Shown here in pieces: positions 39,501 to 46,400 of a stretch of DNA of 64,000 bases. The stretch lies in the IMG/VR virus record IMGVR_UViG_2799112320_000004, positions 1 to 64,000 of that record. One strand, 5' to 3'. The DNA comes from a virus (lineage: Duplodnaviria; Caudoviricetes). Below the pieces are notes generated by a model, which had not been told where the DNA came from, made no database searches, and saw only the letters and a list, made by a program, of their open reading frames with translations. Numbering within the stretch: the stretch's first letter is position 1; each line of letters opens with the position of its first letter. The position numbers were made by a program, and so were the translations under genes.

Positions 39501-42041
39501 CTGGACTCCGACCGCAAGGTGACCGGCTGGGTGGAGGAGGCCGCGCGCTACATCCGGCGCGTGTGCAACCTCTCGATTCAGTCGATCAACGGCGAGCCGT
39601 CGCAGCTGGAAAAGGAGCGCGCCGAGCTCCAGGCCATTCTCGACCGCCGTTCGCAGGTGTACGACGAGGAAGGAAAGAACTCGGCCGACGCGCCGCTGTT
39701 CGACATGGAGACGCGCCGCGCGCTCGCCAAGCTCCAGCTCCTGGAGAAGTACGGCGCGATGAAACGATACATGCCCGGCCAGATCGCCGACCTCGCGAAC
39801 GAGGCCATGACCTGGCTGCGCGACGAAGCTGGCAAGCTCGAGGACGCCTGGAAGAGCGCCCGCGAGACCGAGGAGTCGATCCGTTCCGCGCTCACAGGCG
39901 GCATCGTCGGCCCGAACGGGCAGAAATACCAGCGCGCCGAGGGCGTCAAGGGCTGGGCGGAACGTCTGTTCGACTCCATGAACGGCATGATCCGTCTCCG
40001 GCTCCAGCACCTCGTACGGTTCTCCGATTCCGCGAACCAGCAAAAGGCACGGGACGCCATCAACCGCGTCATCGTCATGCTCGGCGACGGCGAGGTGGCG
40101 TTCACGCGGCACACGCAGAACGACCGCAGGGCGTTCGAGCAGGCGCTCACGCGGATATTCGCCACGCCCGACGGCAAGGGCTTCGACCGCCGCGCGATGG
40201 CCGACTGGCTCAACCGCATGACCGAGGCGATCCCGGCCGACCTCTCGCGCCAGCTCTCCAAGCAGGGCTACGGCGACAGCATGACCTACGGGCAGATGCT
40301 CCAGCTGCTCGTCTCACTCGAGCAGAGATCCTATTCCGAGGCGATTGCGGCGAACAAGCGCGAGAACCAGGCCGATCTCATCCGCACGTTCGAGACCGTC
40401 GGCCCGGACGGCCGGCGCGAGCGTGTGCTGACCGACAAGGACATCCTCTTCATCGACTGGCTGCGCTCGTTCTACGAGGCGAAGCGCACCCAGCTGTCCG
40501 AGGTGACGAAGCGCATGACCGGCCTGCCGGTTGATTCTCCCGATCCGCTCTACTGTCCCGTGAAGATGTACATGGGCGACCGCGCGCGCGGCATGCACGT
40601 GGACGACACCAAGGCATGGGATCCGATCGGCGCCGTGTTCTCGCGCCGCGTGGAGACGCTGCGCGACTTCGACGAGTCGGCGTCCATCCTGGGCCAGTTC
40701 TTCGACCGCTCCGCAGAGGCCGCCAAGCTCGCGGCATGGGCCGAACGCGGCTCGATCATTCGCGGCGTGTTCACGAACGCGAGCGTCCAGGAGTCGATCC
40801 GGCGCGCGTTCGGCGGCGGCGAGCTCACGAAGATCCTCAAACAGCTCGAGGAGACGTTCAACGGCGGCGAGAACATCAGGAAATCGCCCGGCGAGATCGC
40901 AGCCGCCGACAAGGCGATGAACTGGATGACCTACCTCTCGCTCGGCTACAACCCGCTCTCAGCGATGAAGCAGACCACCTCGGTCTGGGTCTGGGCGAAC
41001 GCGCTGCCGGGTGGATTCAAGGACCTCTGGCGCTACATGACCGACGTGGACATGGCCACGATCAAGCACATCAAGGAGAGCGAAGAGTACAAGGTGCGCT
41101 ACGGCGTCGAGATCGGCAGCGGCCAGGACGTCGCCACGCGCGCGCTGAATGACGATCCGTCCGAGAACCCGGTCAAGAAGTTCTTCAAGAAGACCTCGAT
41201 GGGATTGCTCCGGAAAGGCGACTTCCTTCCGGGTGGCTGGATTGCGCAGGGGCTCTTCCGCGACCTCTACAACCGGCACCTGAGAGAGGGCATGGATCCG
41301 CAGGCGGCCGACAAGCTCGCCATGACCGAGACGTTCAACATGCTCGAAGAGACGCAGCAGTCGGGCCGCACGTACAACACGGCCGCACTCGCGCGCGAAC
41401 ACGGGCGCCTCGGACGGCTCCTGGTGCAGTTCGCCACCTCGCCGTTGCAGCAGCTCCAGTACGAGACGCAGGCCCTGCGCGAAGTGTGGGATCTCAAGCG
41501 CTACAAACCGACGACTCCTGACGCCGACTTCGAGAAGCGGTACTCAGATGCGAAAGGAAAGCTCGTGCGTGCTGCCGTGATAAACCATGTCCTGCTCCCG
41601 GCCGCGCTCCACGCCGTCACAAACCTCTACCGCTACGCGATGGGCTACGATCCGGAATGGGAACAGGAAGGCTGGCACTGGACGATGCTCCGCGACATAG
41701 TGCTCGGCCAGTTCTCGCGCGTGTTCTTTATCGGCGCGATTTCCACCGTGACATGGGACACGCTCATCACGGGCAAGCCCATGCGCGAAGTGCCGGCGCT
41801 GATTCCGGCCGAGGGCGTGGTGAAGCTCACCGGCAACATGATGGTCACGGCGCGCGACATCGCGAAGCTGGACTACGAGAAGGTGCAGAAAGACCTGGAC
41901 CGGCTCTTGAAATCGACCTCGATCACGCGCACGCCCTATGACGCCTTGCGCCTGCTCTCGGGCAGAGCCTACGCCGAGCGCGAGGAGCGCCGCGAGAAAC
42001 GCCGCCAGAAAGAGGAGAAGAAAGCGGCTAAGCAGAAGTAG
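30498..42041 (+). CDS. Giant polyvalent ejection protein (3847 aa): MPTase-like, ddrB-like ParB, two LPD23+MPTase units, ART-like and LPD3/BECR-like cassettes
   Basis: HESMH near 33225; YEIVPLASL...YPMELQQRDR...SGNGRT; twice IWRTTGWWRG.DG.WR.E and HE.QH..Q..E.FAKGGN...LAGE.E.RN; GDWITPSRAYA..HG; C-terminal EETQQS helical region. Confidence 0.9.
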   Translation: MTMPRPNTPTRWDAIPALTEEERVASALSVSPATATDEESRAAAQTLSRQVLIAHQIAQMPDESFKTEAEKYAAASKIVETMTGAKDLDGRLWNGGKPFKTGKEYLMSVRDVLTRGMTAAADPDLQAWLAMSDEEKDAKLEREQGFLSSLAEGVGDATSQVAAHYGINTELSESEYEAAPEDVRNASFMLSRDDTPQAERDKYGATIREWRTGEWRKLQRRSEYEAKLRRKNALLYLPDMIKSLKTDEAKTLAGELAQDPSAIPDNWEARLRRLPTHDIETLAQIRGMTREQTEGGFFNWLGDMGIGVYNAARGLVNGPYQQLEKYGAMAMGFDENLINETIRRKHALWSAYAGWSSPVAPLSDQHGAVANFTIGLASAVPFIASMKLKALGYVACAGEMMSEADAQAAAAGVDTTSLEYNAINLVAGGTYAYMLKAVSPKFFGASANGAAEEMALRTAFMKGVLSGVAKLDTVKIASQRTAAGSLMMAMQQSIAAVNNDLHLGGDAWNDAAKSFTETFVSSIPDMLAFTGYGILEGHARASGGLPKMFTAEGRANRSQNLREAVENAFAVRTAIVGNEQIDNLRKATILNQLSAMSRAWTEGGEAGLRGLGLKPAEITEAKDYFEAECKQLGAAEKLGELDSILDEQGARGEFDPYVFAERNEAARRYDELARDYSVKTDRLHKRIIEKMLDEKGTLRDIASVRNVWAQGHAVGAGMADGTDAGAAALVKAGFTPEDAAILSREFGAERRNMYSPAATEALREMYTRSTRGMVEAHAALASAFKGKVRTENGRVLIDLPMPDGGTGTLAVETEDLSQRFYGAAGKDPELARQIESIVTRLGGHVTADAWINMTDAERRRIVKEFHLQDEGYFMLTDPADPSLHVDSGDADAVMGVIRLDPTADPGVGFHESMHGFLRFCQETGFFDEADVKWLTDTYGTPQNAKEQLNEESAADGFRQYLAKRMAGSFAEEPGPFRKLFGLISRIRHLRDSRAATERLAANAEEALYDAFLAGKYQHVRDLTFAEPVAPKAETGTGTEAPQTGAPTPAPTPAPTPAPAPAPTPAPTPAPAPAPAPRVVSFEALTPTGGKKVKGHYEIVPLASLLHSNMAGYPMELQQRDRKGNKGEEQTREEHIANFEPGYLLADPKTDSGAMVVARRPGPDGKPQLVVVSGNGRTMVLEEMAKRNLYDRYRNRMKEWAKENGVENTVADADNPVLVRVVDELGGATLKELADLSNTNAIQQMNEEEQARADADLVRSLDLAKLYKPNMDGSANMAAGASDEFFREFVRATGDTSLLNSDGTFTEALRMRARRALLAIACGQGERGRDVVKKLVEDTDALGIDRQKDTAAAIAPHVAAIETRPEYAIGPDVSRAFADYIEFRENRDTGKKWGTLDEYLKQGDMLDQRSEIAEAVMRLLDDPKSAPVLAETVRLYVEAAKGETDGLFGAARTRAEIWRDAAKAVNVEAAEKRYSIAGKVAASNMGIKGAGDAEAMEKAGKDREEIWRTTGWWRGKDGRWRFELPSVKMKSEKEIEAALREGINGLRGGSSETTLEKVLDAPALFEAYPRLKKTKIVFSPEHDDKTGGWYDAGKNEIVLLDTGIKDLRHRPKHEQDLYDTYQQVINSDEFLQKRFSNMDAFGIKHGTAEEERALAKDWIAKFDKSIQDENAAIVRDLVKDRGPYSAFGKIVHEVQHSVQYMETFAKGGNPESAAEFVKNMKRKQRIWAYRLEVEETAKELGTTNPYEIERAILEKLGVTSREQIAGLEADGWIPDREGRDKGYNLFARGYDKEGYEEAYNEYLGEMRKTGRAGWWEGSPRELYNRLAGEVEARNASRREAMSPEERAATPPWETEDVPADRQIVRYSVTAQRVTPEEDAAYADAVKRGDMETVRRMEREVYERMGYSDDSSYQGTSAFNGAAPSSNAYFETKAERIEAAKNGEMEDTTTLGDFRDGIDVNNLQFIVFDPRSERNADPMRQEAIRNIRDVLDGGKDTITMYRSVPADVKEGQFRNGDWITPSRAYAEDNARIHGWGKKFRVIEQEVSVEDVWWDGNDIAEWGFDDGKGSVYKNTRANRKLLGPTYDNAGNLIPLSKRFNDWLMDARYSIAGRVAASNMGIKGAGEAEAMEKAGKDREEIWRTTGWWRGTDGKWRVEIPDFTLKMDTIGREANESDPDYFVRKRKLPDIITDTRLFEAYPELKKITVETPHHDTFGGASVLGDYNGKRRIRLNTWAMMYDPEQVRSTLAHEIQHAIQYIEGFAKGGNQGQFKEADPWALRRKAKAERRRGNETEAARLEAEAEEIEENALEGHVIENGEVYEDTFEAYQSLAGETESRNVEKRLAMTPEERAATPPWATEDVPADRQIVRFSLVGKRPDGIEVFSTRSVDDMTNAQRRDEFLRKLKEDYKGRTARFVADGKTYYATFGDDDVGKLVYGDNKTSPRNKKVKDRIGAAGDIFDLVENSRFKGPGKERGKKTDAHRNVERWDYFVKTVQIDDGMYDVRIEVRSKPSRTGQLKDEFVYNVFLNHSKKKADLRFLSWAEALAGDASVRNANVTALRPEKSDAESVPNPSDEIKADPESFARRSIVSRVIDGDAEERESALVAFVAERALRHGPKPNAFKTIARLGLEMGLKTVNASNIVKKGEALADRVRGTVIEKAIRKGDVATATALLARESDIDRLVAGAAGQGGQLVRAGEGKIKSFLDREIEKHIRSFNAASLADVERDTGIDIAGEILANSPERFDPKGSAKREEAKAEAGEAGGEEGAVPGAGAPDEGNITDFERARRERVRKEAEERVAKMIATAKQRAEEAENQRAEWEAQREERKRQAEAAAAAGEAGEAGEAGGGAGGGGEGGGVGGETVTPERPKLSTFADFKSPEEFAAFFRVWAEERYKKEHGASTLGKHEEKRLFPEFYRKAVVRELQDLADKLLPPKGARATVNRWLGEIQPGVKPDTLERISADIFKYINRNAIRESRTATIQKFRNGLQEFIKGPQFDDLKLDSDRKVTGWVEEAARYIRRVCNLSIQSINGEPSQLEKERAELQAILDRRSQVYDEEGKNSADAPLFDMETRRALAKLQLLEKYGAMKRYMPGQIADLANEAMTWLRDEAGKLEDAWKSARETEESIRSALTGGIVGPNGQKYQRAEGVKGWAERLFDSMNGMIRLRLQHLVRFSDSANQQKARDAINRVIVMLGDGEVAFTRHTQNDRRAFEQALTRIFATPDGKGFDRRAMADWLNRMTEAIPADLSRQLSKQGYGDSMTYGQMLQLLVSLEQRSYSEAIAANKRENQADLIRTFETVGPDGRRERVLTDKDILFIDWLRSFYEAKRTQLSEVTKRMTGLPVDSPDPLYCPVKMYMGDRARGMHVDDTKAWDPIGAVFSRRVETLRDFDESASILGQFFDRSAEAAKLAAWAERGSIIRGVFTNASVQESIRRAFGGGELTKILKQLEETFNGGENIRKSPGEIAAADKAMNWMTYLSLGYNPLSAMKQTTSVWVWANALPGGFKDLWRYMTDVDMATIKHIKESEEYKVRYGVEIGSGQDVATRALNDDPSENPVKKFFKKTSMGLLRKGDFLPGGWIAQGLFRDLYNRHLREGMDPQAADKLAMTETFNMLEETQQSGRTYNTAALAREHGRLGRLLVQFATSPLQQLQYETQALREVWDLKRYKPTTPDADFEKRYSDAKGKLVRAAVINHVLLPAALHAVTNLYRYAMGYDPEWEQEGWHWTMLRDIVLGQFSRVFFIGAISTVTWDTLITGKPMREVPALIPAEGVVKLTGNMMVTARDIAKLDYEKVQKDLDRLLKSTSITRTPYDALRLLSGRAYAEREERREKRRQKEEKKAAKQK
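33633..33726 (+). repeat. Pro-Thr/Pro-Ala low-complexity linker in the giant protein
   Basis: Imperfect 6-bp units encoding PTPAPTPAPTPAPAPAPTPAPTPAPAPAPAP. Confidence 0.85.
34911..37604 (+). repeat. Intragenic duplicated LPD23-MPTase unit (34911-36095 and 36807-37604) with conserved ends and divergent middles
   Basis: Both copies start RYSIAG.VAASNMGIKGAG.AEAMEKAGKDREEIWRTTGWWRG and end AM.PEERAATPPW.TEDVPADRQIVR[YF]S; the DNA is visibly near-identical at these ends. Confidence 0.9.
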
Positions 42042-43149
42042 ACTCCAGTGCCTGACGGATCTCCTCCGTCTTGTCGGCGTGGTCATATCGCTGCACGGTC
42101 GCGTCCTGCGTCCATCCGCCGAGCCGCTTTGCGAGGTCGTTGCTCACGCCGGCCTCGGCCAGGCGTGTCCTGAAGGTATGCCGCCAGCTGTGGAAGGTGA
42201 TCGTCGGATCGTCCACGCCGGCCGCCTTCAGGATCGCGGCGAAGGTACAGTCTTCCGGATCGCCGGGATAGACTTTCGCAAACTCCGGAAGCACATACTT
42301 CCGGCCCTTCACGAACAGACCCTTCAGCGCGTCGCGCAGCACGGCCACCATCGGAACCTCGACCTCGATGTTGTAGCCCTGAGTCTTGATCGGCTTCACG
42401 CGGATCACGCCCCTCTCGAAGTCTACTTTGCTCCATTCCAGGAACACGACGTCATGCTTCCGGAGCCCGGTCCACCGTGCGACGAGACACGCCTCATACC
42501 AATGCGGCACGGCGCTCGCCTTCGCGGCCGCCAGCACGGCCTTCTCCTGGGCGCGCGTAAACGCGGCGTGACGCTGGCCGTCGCGCACGGTCGGCCGGAG
42601 GTCCTTCCACGGATTGCGGACGCCATACAGGGCCTCGGCGGCCTTCCAGATCGTGGATAGATTCCCGATGTATTCTTTCCGGCTTTTGTCCTTCAGCTTC
42701 GCCTTGTGCTTTTTGTCCTTCGGCGAGCTCTTCTTCTTCAGGTGCTCGGCATACGCCATCGCACACTCGAACGTCACCTCCTCCACGGTCGTGACCGGGA
42801 ACTCGGTTTTCGTCCACTCGATGAAATCCTCGAGGTTCTTCTTCCGCTGCTTCACGAGCCGTTCGCCCGGCTTGCGATCGCGCATCGACATGAACCGCTC
42901 ATACGTCGCCCACAGCTGAGCGATCGGCAGCCCGGCTCCCTCGCGCTCCCTGGTGAAGACGGCGTCGAGAATGGATTTCAATTTCATCTCGGATATCTTG
43001 CCCTTAATCGACAGGTGCATGGACTCCTCGATCGACCGCGCATCCTTAATGGAAGTTGTGCCGGTAGACTGGCGGATGAATTTCCCTGGTCTTTTGGGGT
43101 CACGGAATGAAACCCACCAGTATTTAGAACCGTTATTTTTGTATAGCAT
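42028..43149 (-). CDS. int: Tyrosine recombinase (phage integrase)
   Basis: WTGLRKHDV (R), FHSWRHTF (HxxR), LGGW, QRYDH (catalytic Y); adjacent to the tRNA 3' end; 14-bp convergent overlap with the giant ORF. Confidence 0.95.
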   Translation of the reverse strand: MLYKNNGSKYWWVSFRDPKRPGKFIRQSTGTTSIKDARSIEESMHLSIKGKISEMKLKSILDAVFTREREGAGLPIAQLWATYERFMSMRDRKPGERLVKQRKKNLEDFIEWTKTEFPVTTVEEVTFECAMAYAEHLKKKSSPKDKKHKAKLKDKSRKEYIGNLSTIWKAAEALYGVRNPWKDLRPTVRDGQRHAAFTRAQEKAVLAAAKASAVPHWYEACLVARWTGLRKHDVVFLEWSKVDFERGVIRVKPIKTQGYNIEVEVPMVAVLRDALKGLFVKGRKYVLPEFAKVYPGDPEDCTFAAILKAAGVDDPTITFHSWRHTFRTRLAEAGVSNDLAKRLGGWTQDATVQRYDHADKTEEIRQALESTSA

Positions 43150-43194
43150 TTTAGCCCGTTTCTTTTATTGCGTTAAATTGAACGATGGTCTATT

Positions 43195-43215
43195 GTATCA
43201 TATTCCGTATCATAT
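43195..43215. repeat. Direct repeat GTATCATAT x2, candidate integrase arm-type sites
   Basis: Exact 9-mers at 43195-43203 and 43207-43215 (12-bp period), between int and the tRNA. Confidence 0.5.
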
Positions 43216-43228
43216 CCGCAACGATAAA

Positions 43229-43263
43229 AGAAAACAGAAAAACGCCCATTTTCAGGGCGTTTT
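43229..43263 (-). terminator. Intrinsic terminator downstream of tRNA-Arg
   Basis: Minus strand: AAAACGCCC-TGAAAAT-GGGCGTTTT followed by TCTGTTTTCT. Confidence 0.75.
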
Positions 43264-43276
43264 CCGTTTATCTTAT

Positions 43277-43353
43277 TGGTGCGACTGACTGGGATCGAAC
43301 CAGCAACCTTCGGCTTCGGAGGCCAACGCTCTATCCAGTTGAGCTACAGTCGC
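43277..43353 (-). tRNA. tRNA-Arg (anticodon CCG), CCA encoded
   Basis: Reverse complement GCGACTGTAGCTCAACTGGATAGAGCGTTGGCCTCCGAAGCCGAAGGTTGCTGGTTCGATCCCAGTCAGTCGCACCA: acceptor stem, D loop, CT-CCG-AA anticodon loop, GGTTCGA T loop; 77 nt. Confidence 0.97.
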
Positions 43354-43381
43354 ATTATTTCCAATGGTTTTTGATGTTTGT

Positions 43382-43400
43382 TGCCAATTTGATGCCAAAT
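43382..43400. repeat. Direct repeat TGCCAA[T/A]T x2, candidate arm-type sites upstream of the tRNA
   Basis: TGCCAATT (43382-43389) and TGCCAAAT (43393-43400), 11-bp period. Confidence 0.45.
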
Positions 43401-43461
43401 CGCGTCGGCCAGATACATCTCAAACCTTCCGAAAACTTGCCTTTTCCTTCGGTTGCGGAGT

Positions 43462-43490
43462 AGTTTACCACATTCCCTTTCGGTTTGCAA
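43462..43490 (-). promoter_or_regulatory. Sigma70-type promoter driving tRNA-Arg
   Basis: Minus strand: TTGCAA-N17-TAAACT with an extended TG.G before the -10 box; points at the tRNA 5' end about 110 bp downstream. Confidence 0.7.
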
Positions 43491-43491
43491 G

Positions 43492-46400
43492 TCAGTCGAA
43501 ATCGCCATCCCAGCCTTCCGCCTCGACCTGCCGCTTCGCCCTTCTGTACATCTTTTCGTCATTCGACATCTTCCTGAGCGTCTTCCCGATCGGATCGAAC
43601 TCGCTTCCCATCTTCGCCGCGATGCCCTGCACCTTCTTGAACGCCAGGCCCTCGATGATCTCCGCGTCCTCCTCGGGCAATCCCAGCTCCGCTACCCTCG
43701 CCGCGAGCATCTCGCTGTAGTCGAAGTCCTCGCCTTTCGCCCTCACCGCCTCGATCACCTCGTCCGCCACGCGCTGCGCGGCCGCCCTGAGCGGCGCGCT
43801 GTCGTCCCGCCGGTACTTCTCCAGCCTCCGCGCGATCCGCTCGTTGCCGCCGTTCTGGAATGTGATGAGCCCGCTCGCCGCCGCCGACAGGAACGGTATC
43901 GAATGCAGCGCCTGGAAGATCGTCTTGCCGCCGATCGGCATGCAGCCGGCCTCGCCCTCCTCCGCTCCGCTGAGCGCCCACTGTCCCTGGTCGTCGTACG
44001 CCCCCTCGTCCTCGTCCCAGGTAGTGGCCGGCATGACTACCTGCCCGCCCACGTCGTTCCACAGCTGCTTGCCTACCTTCGTCGCCATGTTGCCCGGATC
44101 CGCGAACCTCGACTCGAAGTCCGCCTCGCTGTACACCGTGCGCTGCGTGAACGAGTTGTACGGGTTCCACCCGACGAGCGGGCCGATCGCGTCCTGGAAC
44201 AGCGACATGAGCAGTCCCCTTCTCGTGAGGTCCGGCACCAGTCCGCTGTTCAGCACCGTGTTCTGCACCGCCTGCGAGCCCGTGTAGTTCAGGTCCGTCG
44301 GCAGCGAGAATCCCGCCTCCTCGGCGCGCTCAGACCCCAGCAGGCCGTGCGCCAGCAGGTCCACCGCCGGCATGAGCAGCCTGTCCTCGTCGCCGCGCGG
44401 CATCGAGATCGCGAGCGTGCTCCACTTGCCGTACAACCCGACCGGCACGATGTCGTAGTTTCTCAGACGATAGTCGCTGCAGTTCGCGAGGCCGTGCGCC
44501 ATGCGCCGGCCGAACCTCATCAGCCACCCGGCGTTCTTCTGCTTCTCCTCGTCGTCTCCCGCCTCCTCCCCGAGCATCTTTGCGAGGACCGCGTACCCGC
44601 CGCCCATCCACAGCACGCTCGTCGCGAGGCGCCCGGCGATCCGGCTCGCCGCCTTCGTCCACCAGGCCTTCGGATCGTAGCGCATCGCCTCCAGCGTGCG
44701 GTACGCGCCCTTCATGCCCACGTTCATGAACGGGCCGCACGCGAACTCGATGTAGTTCATCGCGCGTCCCCGGTTCTCGTACCGCGGGCTCCCGCTCATC
44801 GTCGCCACCTGGTAGGTGATCTCGTCCGCCGACCTCGGCGCCTCCCGTCCCTGCGCGCGCGCCAGCTCCGCCTCGTGCTCCGCCGCGAGGAGCGCGATCA
44901 GCTTCACGCGCGCCTCCTCGAAGTCGTTGAACCGCTTCACCGTCTCCGCCCGGCGCTGCATCCACCTCTTCACGCGCTTTATGCCGGTCAGCTTCGTGCC
45001 GTCTAAGTTCGTCTCCATGCCCAGCGTGCGCATGAGCTCGTCGATGTCCGTCTTGCCGCTTTCGCCCATGATCTGCTTCCTGACGCCGGCGAAGATCGGC
45101 AGCTTCATCACGCCCCTGCACTTCTCCACGTCCTCCATGATGCGCTGCGCCTGTGCCGTCTTCCCCTGCCCGGCCAGCCGGTCCGCCTCCGCGATCCTCT
45201 GCTGCAGCAGCTTCGGGTCCTGCATCAGCTTCGCGATCCGCGTCGCCTCCGCCTCGTAGTAGATGTTCGTCTTGTCGCCGTACAGCAGGTTCATCAGGCC
45301 GTTGCGCGCGAACCTGTCCGGCAGGTGCGCCGCCGCGCGCTCCATCAGGAACGTCGCGAGGCGCGCGATCGGACGTAGGCCCACCAGCCCCGCCGCGCCC
45401 ACGAACTTCCCCTCGCCCATCCAAGCGATGTTGTTCGCGTTGCTCGCCCGGTTGCGCCAGATGTTGCGCAGCGCGAAACGCGGGCTGTACTGCGTGAGTA
45501 CCGCGCTGATCGCCCGGTTGATCTTCACGACCTTGCTCACGCCCTTCGCGTCGTGCTCGAACCCGTCCGCCACGACCTTCGGCATGACGAGCGTCATGCG
45601 CCTGCCGTCCTTCAGGAACGTCACGCTCCCGTACCTGTTGCTCCCCTTCAGACGGCCGCCGCCGCCCCGGTCCTCCATCACCGCGAACCCCTCGAGCCCC
45701 AGCGTCTTCGACGCCTCCGCGAGCGAGCACGCCCAGTGGTTGCGCTGCGCGAACTCGACGATCCGCAGGTCGTTCTCGAGCGTCGCCGCGAGCGGGTCCT
45801 TCACCGCCTTGAGGCTCCCGACGAGCGGCTTCATGAACGAGCTTCCCGACGCGCCGCTGCCCTTGAGCGCGTGCATGTCCATGAGCGCCTCGATCTCCGC
45901 GATCACCGTGCTCTCGCCCGGATGGCGCTTCATCCAGTCCTCGCGCGCGGCCCTGTACGCCTCCACCTCCTCGGCCGTCCACGTCCGCTCGCTCCGCACG
46001 TAGCTCGCGTTCATCCGCCAGTAGCCCACGAGGTCCCGGCCAAACGCCTCCAGCACGAACTCGTTCTCGAGGATGTGCTGCTCGCGGAGCGCCTGGAATC
46101 GCTTCGCCGCCGTCTCGAGACGCGTCCAGCCGTCCGCGCCCAGACGCCCCTCCAAATCCTTCAGCACCTTGTCCGCCTCGCGCTGGTCCATGCCCAGCGC
46201 CGCGGCCTTGCCCTTCTGGTGCATGCCGTCCCGCACGCTCTTCGCGTAGAGATAGCGCCGCAGGTCGTCCAGCTGCACGCCGTCCTTCGCCACCTCGTCC
46301 ATGATGTGCTCGGCGAAGTCGAGCGCGTACCTTCTGCCCTTTCCCCCTCCTCTCTGCTTTTCTAGCAGCGCCGCATTTATCTTATTCAGCTCATCCTTCA

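Larger units (their letters stand above)
1..43276 (+). mobile_element. Prophage 1 (BPP-1/T7-like podovirus gene set), integrated at the 3' end of tRNA-Arg(CCG); left boundary outside the window
   Basis: Continuous replication-packaging-head-tail-ejection gene order on the + strand, followed by a tyrosine integrase directly downstream of the tRNA 3' end. Confidence 0.9.
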
